NCBI GenBank assembly: GCA_976551045.1 | Contig: CDPCPM010000107.1 | Location: 4,898,001-4,962,000, forward strand | Origin: Glaucostegus cemiculus | Lineage: Eukaryota | Direction: 5' to 3' | Length of the DNA: 64,000 nucleotides | Part shown: positions 37,091 through 48,445 of the stretch, one piece after another | Layout of the letters: each line of letters starts with the position of its first letter | Position numbering within the stretch: the stretch's first letter is position 1 | Program-made: the position numbers and the translations under genes | The notes under the pieces: generated by a model | What the model was told of the DNA's origin: nothing | Seen by the model: only the letters and a program-made list of their open reading frames with translations | Databases searched by the model: none

Positions 37091-37611
37091 CCACCTCATT
37101 AGCATGGGTCAGCATGTGCAGGGAAGGCATTGTTCGAAGTACAATATTTTGCAACAGAATTATAACATTGTATTGGTAGTTCTGGCCAGGTTGCTTCCAT
37201 TTACTTGTGCAGACCTGTAGTACAGGAAGCTCATTTTCTGTATTTTTGGAGCATGCTAGTGCCGAGAATGGAAAGTGGGAGATTGCTTTGTCTGACCTTT
37301 TGTGGAGAGTAGGGAGCTGTCGCTGCATGCACCTTTCTGCACTGTGAAGGATTTGCCCTGCATAGAAGGTGTTTATTTTAGTTTCAATTTGCACAAAGCC
37401 ACAGTGCTGACAGTAGTGGCTTAGAAAAGTGATCTGGTATTTTTCCCTTTTCACAGGCGTAGTACTTGCTTCGGTTTAAGAGAGGGACAAAGCGTCAAGA
37501 AGGAACGGAGGAGAAACGGAGCCAAGACAGAATGGCAAGCACATGGATGGTGCAGAAATAAAGAGAGGAAATTCTGAATTTAAGAGAAGCAACCAGAGAA
37601 TTGTGTTAAGT

Positions 37612-37810
37612 CAGGGCTGGCGGTGGAAGCAGACACAATAGTGGCATTTAGGAGGCATTTAGACAGGCACATGAAAATGCAGGGAATGGAGGAACATGGA
37701 TCATGTGCAGGCATATTGGTTTAATTTAATTTGGCATTATGGTTGTCACAGACACCTTGGGCTGAAGGGCCTGTTCCTGTGCTGTGCTGTACAGTTCCAT
37801 GTTCCATGTT
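37612..37810 (+). mobile_element. CR1 3' end
   Basis: 'gggctgaagggcctgttcctgtgctgt...gttccatgttccatg' terminus. Confidence 0.8.
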
Positions 37811-38314
37811 TTAGATGTTTATAATTCTGTATCCTGGAGGCTGGTCAATTTCATGCAAATACCTAACTGATTGTGGTGTGACCATAAACCATACATGACA
37901 TCAAAAAGAGGTCCCAGTGTCTATCAGACAACCAATGCCTTGCCAAGAGTAGAAGAGTACTGTAGTTAAATGCAGCATTCTGGACTAATCCAGCAATCCT
38001 GCCTGCTAAGACCCTAGGTTGCATTAGATTCCAAAAAGACCAGTCAGGACTTTAAAGCCATTTGCATTCAAAATAAGATGGCCAGGTTTCTGCATTTTCT
38101 GATCTTATGAAGGACCTAGATACAAGCTATTTCAAAATGTGTTTTCTGTTAACAGCTTGCTGTAAGGGGATTATATTCACAGATGGGCAGTATTGGCTGA
38201 GGATTTAAATTAACAGGGGAGAATGAAAGAATCTGATACTCCAGCCATGGGTACACTTATCATTGCTGTAATAATTCTGTTCTTCACAATTATTATCAGT
38301 TTCTTTTCCTTTTA

Positions 38315-38510
38315 TTACAAAATAAACTTTATTCATGATAAAATATATATACAAAAAGAAAAAAAACTGTAACATTCTTTACATTCTTAGCATCATTTGG
38401 TCAATACATACAGTCATGTTCATACATTCTTTTTAACATAGCACTAATGCCAATCAAGTGGTCTCATGGGGTGATTGCACCTTTTCATTGTTTGAGGGGT
38501 TTCCCCACCA
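38315..38510 (-). mobile_element. Tx1-like LINE 3' UTR
   Basis: 'tttacattcttagcatcatttggtcaatacat' matches 17763-17795. Confidence 0.55.
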
Positions 38511-41504
38511 GACTGAGCACCAAGGAGATTAATCATTTTCAATTTAAACGGAATCAGAGACAGGGAAGTGACAAACCTGAATATGGTTGCCTCATTTTTG
38601 GGGTGAACACCAGCATTTTGTGTCTAAGCTCTTCAGTTGCTAACTCTTGTGTCTGATTTCATGCAGAGGTACTCTGGACAGAATAGGTGTAGGATCTTAG
38701 TTCAGAATTGGTGCTGGGTCCCTTTAAAATGCAAATTGGTTTCAGACACTGGTTCTGATTGGAAGCCTGGTGCCCTACTCCACCCACATAGTCCTAACTG
38801 TTCAGTGGCCTACCCATGTGTACTTAAAGGGGTCAGTACAGTCTAGTGAGAAAAAAAGATTTAAAAAAAACAGTGGATCCATTCATGCACAGAGAGTGGG
38901 GGGGCAGAGTGGGAGTTGGCAAATGCCCAGGTCCTCACTTTACCCTACCAATTGCTTCCCCCATCCTAATCCCATCCAACATTGTTCCTCTGAAACTATC
39001 TGCAGGCATCAAAAAAGGATAACATTTTGAAAACTCCATCCAGCATTTTGTATCAAGTGTCTGTAGCTCTTCAAATCTCAGGTCTGGAACCTGATTTTCA
39101 CCAGGCCTCGTGTCAATATCTTTGCTTGGCAACGTGATTGCTCTGGGAGCTCCCTGCTGGAAATTGGTCCAAATCAAAAATTTTTCACTTGCCCCTGGGT
39201 CTTTATAAATAAAGTCCAAATACACCAGACAATAAATGCTGGCCATGCCAGCAATGTCCAGATCTGGCAAAATTAAAAAATGAAAAAAATCTGGTTTTGG
39301 TTGTGTTGAACGAGGGATAGGTATTGGTCAGGTCAAGTAAGTCCCTTGCTTGTCTTCAAAATATTGTGAGATTTCTTTCATGGTTATTCTGTTTAATGCC
39401 TCAACCTAAATGTTGGAACCTCATTTTCCCTCTGTCCTGTCATGGATATATTACATTGCACACATTTTTTTCAGGACTTTTTACGTTAGATTCTGCTCTA
39501 TCTCTTTGATGTTGGCTATTGTAAACTCGCATCTTTAAGGATTTTTTTTTGATAATATGGAATGACTGTACATTTACGTTCCATTAAAGCTGATCAGGTT
39601 CAGTGAGTTTTGAATTAAGCCATTTGCAATGGGAGGTTTCATGTTCAGCTTACAGTGTGCATTGAGTTATTGATCTCAGTTAGGCCAGTGGTAAATGATC
39701 AGAATTAGCTTTGGAACACCTGTTTTGGGTTTTAAAATTACTGGTCAGGATTCCTGCTTTAGTCTCTTATCCAGCACCCCTCCTGGAATTGCATGTGTGG
39801 ATGTCAAGCTAGAATGATTTGGGGCTTGGCTTAAATTCCTGCTTTCCGTATGAGGTCTGAGTACTCACTGCAAAGGTTCACTTACCCATGATCACCATAA
39901 GCACCTGAAAGCATTTGTTTTTTCTGGAACTGTATCCAGAAAGCAGGAAAGGAGGGGAATCAACATGCAAGAAATTATTGAAGTATCCCATGTTTCCAAC
40001 TAAATCTCCAGTTATAGCTTTATACTTATTCGTCGGTGTTTTACCCTCGGATCTATCTTTTTTAAACAAAATTCCTCTCAGAGTTACTTAGCTTTTTTAA
40101 AAAAAAATGTAAAATGAGCACAGTTTGTTGCATTAAGTGGTTAAATCAGAGGACAAAACTACATAGCATTAGTGGGTTTTATTATTGCGAAAATGTAAGA
40201 TGCATCATGAATGTGTGGAAAGACAGAAAGCCTGCAAGAGTTATGGAGGTATGTACAACATTTTCCACTGTGTGGTCCCAGTGAGCTAGGATATGGACCA
40301 GGAGCACACATTTGGACAATCAGCTTTAAGTAATGGCATTTGCTTGCATGACAGGGAAGCAATTAAATAGGTCACATTTCTTAAATCAAATGTGCGTATA
40401 TCTCATTCCAAATGCTTTATAGTTGCTGAACTTACACAACAACTTTACTCAGGATGTAAGTTTTAATTCTATATTGGATCCAAGCCTATTTTGAAAATCA
40501 TAGAGGCGCAAGACTAGTAAATGAAGGCCAAAGAAGTGTTTGTCACTCAATTACTCGCCTTGTGACAATTAGGCTCTGCTGTATTGTCTTTGCTCAGGCC
40601 TGCTGTGCTTTTGTATGCAGAAACCAGGGTTTATCTTTCAAGCTTTCAAGACGAGAAAGACCCAAATGAGCTGCCTGGGTGCTGGTTAAAAAAGGATCAG
40701 AATTCAAACGCACAACCTCCAGGAGCTCCTATTGTGTTCTAGTTGAGGGCATGCAGTGAATCAGAAGCGTCTTCCCAGTTGTGTTTGCTTTGAAGGCAGT
40801 TGTTAATTTAGGAATAATACGAGGAATCTCTTATCGTGGTGAATTGAATTGGTGCATGGTGTGGAGGTGACGAGTCTGCTTTGATCACTGTGATCCTGAG
40901 TGATGCTGAATTTGAAGTAGCTGAAGATGCGAAATACGAATCCTCCGTAGATTTTACCTTCTATTTATTTAAGCAGGATTTAATCTTTGCAGAGCCTAGT
41001 GATTCTGCCACTTTCCCTGTTGAAAAGGTTTCATCCTTTGAGTCTGGTTTCTTGTACCAGTTGCAGAAAATTCTGTGCCTTGAGTGCGATAGTGAGTTAA
41101 CATTATTTCAGTAAAATTCCTGTCAGTTGAATATTGATTCTGCTTTTCAAGGGATAACTGGCCCCTGACTAATTAAAATACTTGAGGAGGCTGAGTCACC
41201 ATAAAGTCAAGAAACAAGAGAAGCCTTTTGATGGCAATCTTTTCATTTCACAACAAACACCAAATCTGGTTAAATATTCAAAACACAAATTTGTTTTTAG
41301 CATATGAAGAGAGAAAGAAAGACTGATATACAAAAACAAGGGAGAGAAAAACATACAATTATTGAGTTGGTGTACAGGTAGGGGGATGGTTGGTTATGCA
41401 CAGTCATTCAATCTAATGCACCTCCAGAAATGGCAAACTCTACTCGTGCCTGATATCACTGGCTGCTTTTATTTGTCTTGCCACCAGCAACAACTTGGCC
41501 AGCC

Positions 41505-41825
41505 AAGATACAAAAGCCTGAAAGCACTCACCACCAGGCTCAACAGGTCTATCCCACTGTTATAAGACCATTGAACAAAACTTTGTACAATAAGATGGAC
41601 TCTTGACCTCATAATCTACCTTTTCATGGCCCTTGCACCTTAGTGTCTGCCTGCACTGCGCTTTCTCTGTAACTGTGACACTATATTCTGCATTCTGTTA
41701 TTGCTTTTCTTTGGTACTATCTTGGCGTACCAATGTGGTGAAATGGTCTTTATGGATGGCATGCAAAAACAAAGTTTTTCACTTTACCTCAGTACACGTG
41801 ACAATAATAAACCAATTTACCAATT
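41505..41825 (+). mobile_element. Rex1/Babar 3' fragment
   Basis: RYKSLKALTTRL then the 3' UTR ending 'gtgacaataataaaccaatttaccaattt'. Confidence 0.85.
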
Positions 41826-41827
41826 TG

Positions 41828-42180
41828 TCATCTTCTTCTGAGGCAGTCCCTGAGATTTGAAGATGATTTGTTTTCACTCTGGATTCTGAGGTGGCTGATG
41901 AGGCCATTGTGGGAAATACAGACTCTACCATACATGGGCTGGGCAGATGGGTAGTTTGTGAGGTGGTGGGCTCCTTCCTCCACTTATGCAGGGCTTCTGC
42001 ATGCTCCACGTGCACGGACTCAGGGTCTGCAATAGCATCCCAAATGCTCCTTTGAACGACCATGCGGCAGGGATTCCCAGGAGTCGGTGGGAATTTTGTA
42101 TTCCTTCATAGAGCCTTTGAGCATACCCTTGAATCTTTTCCTCTGTCTGTTTCCCATGGCAGAGCTCAGAATAGAGTGTC
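41828..42180 (-). mobile_element. RTE LINE 3' fragment
   Basis: Similar to 2650-2990; LYSELCHG...KRFK motif on the minus strand. Confidence 0.75.
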
Positions 42181-42640
42181 CGTAAGAAGCCGCAGAGAGT
42201 AGTGGACTCAGCCCAGTACGTCACTGGCACATCCCTCCCCACCATCGGTAGTGTCTACAGGAGGTGCTGCCTCAAGAAGACAACATCTATCGTCAAAGAT
42301 CCCCACCATCTGGGCCATGCCATCTTCTCGCACCTACCATTGGGCAGGAGATACAGAAGCCTGAGGTCTCTCAACACTAGGTTCAAGAACAGCCACTTTC
42401 CTTCAACCATTCGTTTCTTGAACCAACCTGCACAACCCTAATTACTACTTCAGTATAGTAACACTATGACAATGGACTTTGCTTTTTTGTCTAATTGTGT
42501 TCATTCTTGTGTATGTTTTGTATAATTTATGTATGATATATATTTTTCTTGTGAATGTTGTCTCTCTGATGCCACGTACCTGTGATACTGCAGCAAGTAA
42601 GTTTTTATTGTTCATTGACAATAAACTCAGCTTTGACTTT
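42181..42640 (+). mobile_element. Rex1/Babar 3' fragment (second subfamily)
   Basis: ORF 42202-42441: AQYVTGTSLPTIGSVYRRCCLKK...LGRRYRSL...SHFPSTIRFLN; tail 'aataaactcagctttgactttga'. Confidence 0.85.
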
Positions 42641-42850
42641 GAATGTTGCATTCCTTCTTGGAGGCTTTGTACATATCCTTGAATCTTCTCCTCTCTTTGC
42701 ATTCCCTGTGACAGAGCTCAGAACAGAGTGTCTGCTTTCTAAGTTTCGCTTTGGGCTTGTGAACAACATGCTCTGCCTGGACACAGCCTACCAAATGCAA
42801 CTGGGACCCCTGAGCTGGGAATGGTGGCCTAGAAGAGGACACTGAAATGG
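42640..42850 (-). mobile_element. RTE LINE fragment
   Basis: KQTLCSELCH...RRFKDMYKASKKECNI in ORF 42627-42842. Confidence 0.7.
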
Positions 42851-42965
42851 GTTCCAGTGAATTTGAAAGACTTTGTGGACTGAAACGTCATAAAACTTCT
42901 CATAGTAACAGGTACCATACATTACATAGAGCTGAGGTTTTTTTCCTCAGGACACAGGTTGTAGC

Positions 42966-43150
42966 CATAGAACATAGAACAGTACAGCAACAGAACAGGC
43001 CCTTCAGCCCACAATGCTGTGCTGACCTCTTACCTACAGAATGCCCATATCCCTCCATTTTTCTCTCATTCATGTGCCTATCCAAGCCCCTCTTAAAAGC
43101 TCCGAATGAATTTGCCTCCACCACCCTATCAGGCAATGGATTCCAGGCAT
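42966..43150 (-). mobile_element. CR1 3' end
   Basis: (catagaa)2 repeat; VVEANSFGAFKRGLDRHM. Confidence 0.88.
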
Positions 43151-43169
43151 ATAAAGCAGTTTTCCATTG

Positions 43170-43595
43170 ATAATTGATTTATTATTGTCATAAATACTGA
43201 GATACAGTGAAAAACTTTGTTTGAATGCTATCCAGACAGATCATTCCAAACATAAGTACATCGAGATAGTACAAAAGGAAAAGCAATAACAGAATGTAAA
43301 ATGTGGTGTTACAGTTACAGAGAAAGTGCAGTGCCAGCAGACAAATAAAGTGCAAGGGCCATGATGAGGTAGGTTGAGAGATCAAGAGTTAACATCTATC
43401 AGACAAGAGGCCCATGCAAGAGTTTTGTAACAGTGGGGTAGAAGCTGTCCTTGAGCCTGGTGGTGCGTGTTTTCAAGCTTCTATATCTTCTGCCTGGTAT
43501 GGAGGCTCTAATGCGCAGGATCAGAGGAGGCTGCAGAGGGTCGTAGACTCGGCCAGCTCCATCACGGGCACAACCCTCCCCACCACCGATGACAA
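43170..43595. mobile_element. Rex1/Babar 3' end (minus, 43170-43497) joined to an oppositely oriented Rex1 segment (plus, 43492-43595)
   Basis: Minus: PGRRYRSLKTRTTRLKDSFYP. Plus: AWYGGSNAQDQRRLQRVVDSASSITGTTLPT. Confidence 0.8.
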
Positions 43596-43600
43596 AAGAC

Positions 43601-43910
43601 GGTGGCAGCACGGTAGTGTAGTGGTAAGCGTAATGCTATTACAGCACTAGTGACCCGGGTTTAATTCCTGCTACTGTCTGTAAGGAGTTTGTTCGTTCTT
43701 TCCATGTGATTGCGTGGGTTTCCTCCGGGTGCTCCGGTTTCCTCCCATATTCCAAAGACGTACAGGTGAGGAGCTGTGGGCATGCTATGTTGGCAGCAGA
43801 AGAGTAGTGACACTTGCGAGCTGCCCCCAGCACATTCTCAGTAACACAAAAAGATGCATTTCACTGTGTGTTTCGATGTACATGTGGCTAATAAATAAAT
43901 ATCTATATCT
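43601..43910 (+). mobile_element. V-SINE, Rex1-like-tail subfamily
   Basis: A/B boxes, V-domain, tail 'tttcactgtgtgtttcgatgtacatgtggctaataaa'. Confidence 0.88.
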
Positions 43911-43914
43911 ATTA

Positions 43915-44232
43915 TCACCTTGCTTCTTCTCTTCTTCCCTTTCCCAGCCTATTCTACCCCTCTCCTTACCTTTGACCCATCCCTGGTGGATCTGCTCTCC
44001 CCTCCTCCCCCACACCTGCCTATCACTGTCTCTTACCTGCATCTACCTATCACCACCTCGTGCCCACCCCGCCTCCCCTCTTTTGTCCACCTATCACTGC
44101 TCTGCTTTTCCCTCCCATATATTGGGCTTCCCCTTTTCCTATCTTCGGTCCTGGAAGGGTCCTGACCTGAAACGTTAACCACCTGCTTTTCTCCACAGAT
44201 GCTGCCTGGCCTGCTGAGTTCCTCCAGCATCA
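43915..44232 (+). mobile_element. Young Penelope pLTR
   Basis: Reverse complement of 13947-14220. Hammerhead core has a 2-nt deletion (CTG--GA-AGGGTCCTGACCT-GAAACGTT). Confidence 0.85.
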
Positions 44233-44244
44233 TATTGGTAAATA

Positions 44245-44430
44245 ACAATGCATCCGCCCTGAAAGTCAGCAAGGACCACCACCGGCTTTCCTCGGGCATG
44301 TTCCCGATTAGCTGGCTGCTGTCTCCTCTTCCCTGGTGCTTGAGGCTGCTGTGACAGACCACCTTTGAGTGCAGTACACTGCACAGAAGCAGTCCAGTAC
44401 CTGTGCAATGTTGTTCTCAGGATTCAGCTG
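44245..44430 (-). mobile_element. RTE-like N-terminal RT fragment
   Basis: Minus strand near 44380-44430 reads SPQLNPENNIAQVLDCFC; GC-rich degenerate coding. Weak assignment. Confidence 0.35.
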
Positions 44431-44580
44431 TGGAGAGTGAAAAAAATAATATAAAGGCTAAAGAGGAAAATCAAATGACTAAATCATAGGGAGAAACTTT
44501 AACAAGTGCTCCTTGAAGGTCCTTGCACACTAAAAGCCACAAGCTTAGCTGGGGTATCCCAACCTGATGGAGCTGTGCTC

Positions 44581-44900
44581 TGTATCCTCACCCAGTATTA
44601 GAGAGAACCAGGCCTGGCTCTAAATCCTCACCCAGTACTGGAGAGGACCAGGCTGGGCCCCGCATCCTCACCCAGTATTGGAGAGAACCAGCCTGTGCTC
44701 TAAATCCTCACCCAGTATTAGAGAGAACCAGGCCTGGCTCTAAATTCTCACCCAGTATTAGAGAGAACCAGGCCTGGCTCTAAATCCTCACCCAGTACTG
44801 GAGAGGACCAGGCTGGGCCCTGCATCCTCACCCAGTATTGGAGAGAACCAGTCTGTGCTCTAAATTCTCACCCAGTATGAGAGATAGCCAGGCTATCACT
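44581..44900. repeat. 40-bp minisatellite, 8 units
   Basis: Unit taaatcctcacccagtattagagagaaccaggcctggctc at exact 40-bp spacing. Confidence 0.95.
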
Positions 44901-45754
44901 CAGCCCATTCCATATTTTTAGCAAGACCATGGAAATCCCGGACATACTTTCCTGTAAGCAACTGGACTTGAAGATTCCCTTCACTGAGTACAGGATGTGC
45001 CATAACTTCAATGACGGGTTCCTTTATATAACAGTGGCTTGGCTGGTGTATTACATCCTTCAATAATAATAACTACTACTGGGAAAGTCGCTGATAGATA
45101 TTTCAATCTTCTCAGTTTGACCTTATGTGACCTCTATTAATTGGTTTATAGATCCGCGAGAACCACAATGGCCAGGGGAGTTGACCCTGTCCTTCAGCAG
45201 CACAGTTAGCAGGCTTGTTGTATACAGTGAAACCACAGAGCTCTTTAAACTCAGGGCTGTCATCAATCTGTTTTTCTTTATGGGCTGTTGTATATATTTA
45301 CTTTACTGCACAACTCAGTTAGCTATTTAGTTTTCTTTGATTTGTTTGTGTAATCAGAGTGTGGTTCATTTTCTGCAGCACTCATATCACTTCTTATGCA
45401 ACCGGCATTAACCTGAGTGCAGGAATTGGGGGTGGGTGGGGGTGGGGTGGCGGTTTGTGGGTGCAAGTCACTATGAACAGAGCTTTGCACAATCCCTAAC
45501 GCTGGTTGCTTCTTTAATATTAGGTCAGAACGGACTGTGTTTGGCTCTTCAGAACAAAGTTTCAGATATTTCTAGGAAAGCCTATTCTTGGCATATCAGA
45601 AAAAGCATATGCCTGTGGGAATCCGAGGATAAAGACACCTCCGAAGTAAATCTGGCTGGTTCAATTTCAGTGCATATAAAACCCAAGCATTTTGATATTC
45701 AGCCAATATTCATAATATGCGTAATACAAGAAATCCTGTGTGCAAAGTCATTAC

Positions 45755-45990
45755 AATAGCGTAGCGGTTAGCGCGACGCTGTTACAGCGCCAGCGATCGG
45801 GGTTCGATTCCCGTCACTGACTGTAAGGAGTTTGTACGTTCTCCCGTGTCTGCGTGGGTTTCCTCCGGGTGCTCCGGTTTCCTCCCACATTCTAAAGACG
45901 TACGGGTAGGGGGTTTAAAATGGGCGGCGCGGACTCGTTGGGCCGGAAGGGGCCGTTACCACGCTGTAAATAAAATTTAATTTAATAAAA
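45755..45990 (+). mobile_element. Very young HE1-like V-SINE (CR1-type tail)
   Basis: A box tagcgtagcggttag, B box ggttcgattcc, V-domain, CpGs largely retained, AT-rich tail. Confidence 0.93.
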
Positions 45991-47204
45991 AAGCTAGTCA
46001 ACAACTTATCGAAAAGACTAATGGAATGCAGGGTGTAGAATCCTAATAATTTGCATTATCGTTTCTTTTTCCTGATTTTTCTCATGGATTAGTTATATGT
46101 AACAAAATATTTAATTTAAAAAAGAATCTGTGGTTAGGCTTTAATGCAAGGGAGAGCTGCAGCAGTTCTGGAAGGTAGCCTACATCCACTTTCTCAAGGG
46201 TAAGTAGGGAGGGGCACTAAATGCTGGCCTTGACAGGAATACTCTTTGAAAAACTACAGCCACATTTTGCTTAATCTTATGTGTAAAAGGTATCAGAAAC
46301 CTACAGGCCATCCAGTTGGCTCCTGATTTATGGTGCAAAAGATGAGAAAGGGAAGATAAAAGAAAATGAACTTAACTAAAAGCCTCGTTGTTAACTGAAT
46401 TAAAGATAGCTGTGCTCAGTCAGTCAGTCTTCATGGAATGAGTGAACAGGAGATTGAGCTTTTATCTTTGCAAAATAGGGGCTTCTAAGAACCTATACAC
46501 AGGAAATAAATAAAAACAGGAGTATGCTATATCGTCCCTTGAGTTTGTTCTCTGAAAATGAACTGTGAATATCTCCAGGTGTGGAAATGGCAAGGCAACC
46601 AGCAACGGAGGGTATGTGCATAATTTTGGTTGCTCTTCCTTTTCATCAGTCTTTTTAGTTACTTTTCTCTTTTTCTCCCATTCTCCTTTCTCCCCCCCCC
46701 ACTTTTATTTCTCTTCTTATATGTATCCTAACTTTGAATTCATGCCTTTTATCCTCTCCACCATCCCCTTCCTCCCCACTTTTCAGTGCTCCCTGTGAAA
46801 TACCCAATCTATACACCACATTATTTTGGGATGGTTGCCCTGTCCATGGCTGAATCAGCTCCTTCTGTTCATTTAAATATCCATCTCAGCAATGATGTTC
46901 TCAGTGAAATTGTTCTTTGCAGTGGTGCTTAGAAAGAACCAACAGGGCATTCCCTCAGTATGAAATGTACTCCGTCTAACTACAAATCTGAAAAAATCAC
47001 CACACAGTATGTTTTCTTTAAGTGATTGTGGAAAATCATGGGGAAAGTGTCAAACTCACCAAATTCATCTGCTGGTGGGAGATGGGAAATGGGAAGGTGG
47101 GATTAGACTGAATAGCTCTTTTTCAGACAGTTTGGATACGATGAACCAAATGACCTTATTCTGTAATTGTAGCAATTTAAATGGTTCTTTGGCCAGTGTC
47201 AACC

Positions 47205-47300
47205 CATTTCTGAAGAGTCTTCAATCTAAAACATTAACTCAGTTTCTCTTTCCACAAGTGCTGCCTGATCTGAGTGTTTCCAGCATTCTCTGTTTTTATT
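47205..47300 (+). mobile_element. Penelope pLTR fragment
   Basis: 'tgctgcctgatctgagtgtttccagcattctctgtttt'. Confidence 0.55.
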
Positions 47301-47639
47301 ACCAAAAACAGGAGTTGAATTTAGACAAGACTTGGAAGGTCTTGGTCGTGGCTTCTGTTTACAGAAAATAAAATCCTTTCCTGTTAAAAGTATTGAATAA
47401 CCATGTGTGTTTGTTCAGCAATAAACTCCTTTCATTCATTAAGGACAGAATTGGGTAGACCGGTCCTTGCTGTCTTAATTGACAGACCTTAGTTACTTTG
47501 CTCATGATTAAGAAATGAACACATGGCTTGCAGAAATGAATCAGAACAAGAGATGACAACTTTCAAGTCAAGAAGGGAGTAAATTGGCAAAAAGTGCATG
47601 AACCCATAAACATGAACCCTTAGTATTCCTCTTTTGCAT

Positions 47640-47750
47640 TAGATTTTTTTTGGTGACTTGTAATTTTTATGTCTTTGCACTGTACTGCTGTCGCAAAACA
47701 ACAAATTTCACAACATATGTCAGCGATAATAAACCTGATTCTGATTCTGA
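47640..47750 (+). mobile_element. Rex1-type 3' tail ending (ttctga)n
   Basis: 'aataaacctgattctgattctga'; second copy at 60190-60335. Confidence 0.7.
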
Positions 47751-48204
47751 AGTGTGCATTCTTTTGACCAGTACTTGCTGATGTGATGTGCATCATTCCT
47801 GGGGCTTCTTGTACCCTGCACTACTTTCCAAAATGCTGCATTTAAAATTCTGACAATTCCACCATTTCTAGCTGCAAAGACAATTAAACTAACTACTTAT
47901 CTAGAGTACAGATCCAGGCCTTGGGTGTCCAATGACTCCAGGTTCAATGCCCGCCAGTTCATTCTATTAGGAAAGATAACCCTGCGCACTTAACAACCTG
48001 GAAAATAAACTCAGTGTACTGGTACACTGATTAACCCTTCAGAGTTTACTAACATTCTTGTGCAATAAGAAGAGGGGCAAGAAAAAATATGTGTGCTTGA
48101 ATTCCAAACAAATTCCAGAAAGGCACAGAGTGTCATTCAGCATCTGAAAGAGGAAAGTGAATTGTTCAGGTCTGAATTGCATCATAATTAAAACAAACAA
48201 AAGA

Positions 48205-48380
48205 TGTGCATTTATATCACAATGTTCATGATCACAGGACCTTCCAGTGTTGTACATCATTCATTTGGTCAATGTTGTTATGTTAGAAGTGCAGCTGCAA
48301 TTTATGCACACCAAGGTCCCACAAACAAAGAACAGGTAATCCGTGCTTAGGGTGGTGTTGAGTGAGCAGTAAGGTTGCCC
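48205..48380 (-). mobile_element. Deu-domain SINE-like fragment
   Basis: 'tgcatttatatcac...caggac...aaggtcccacaaac' with an L2-type tail; similar to 49120-49430. Confidence 0.5.
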
Positions 48381-48445
48381 ATGAAAAACACAATGATGCT
48401 GAAGGAACTCAGCAGGCCAGGCAGCATCCATGAAGAAAAGCAGGC

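Noticed and set aside
39886-39904. 19-nt minus-strand micro-exon (cag...gtaagt)
   Set aside because: Weak polypyrimidine tract, frame-shifting length, no partner exons; compatible with chance.
44581-44900. CRISPR-like regular repeat
   Set aside because: Units are contiguous with no unique spacers, there are no cas genes, and the context is vertebrate.
45757-45820. tRNA gene
   Set aside because: A/B boxes run straight into a V-domain and LINE-like tail; this is a SINE head, repeated many times in the window.
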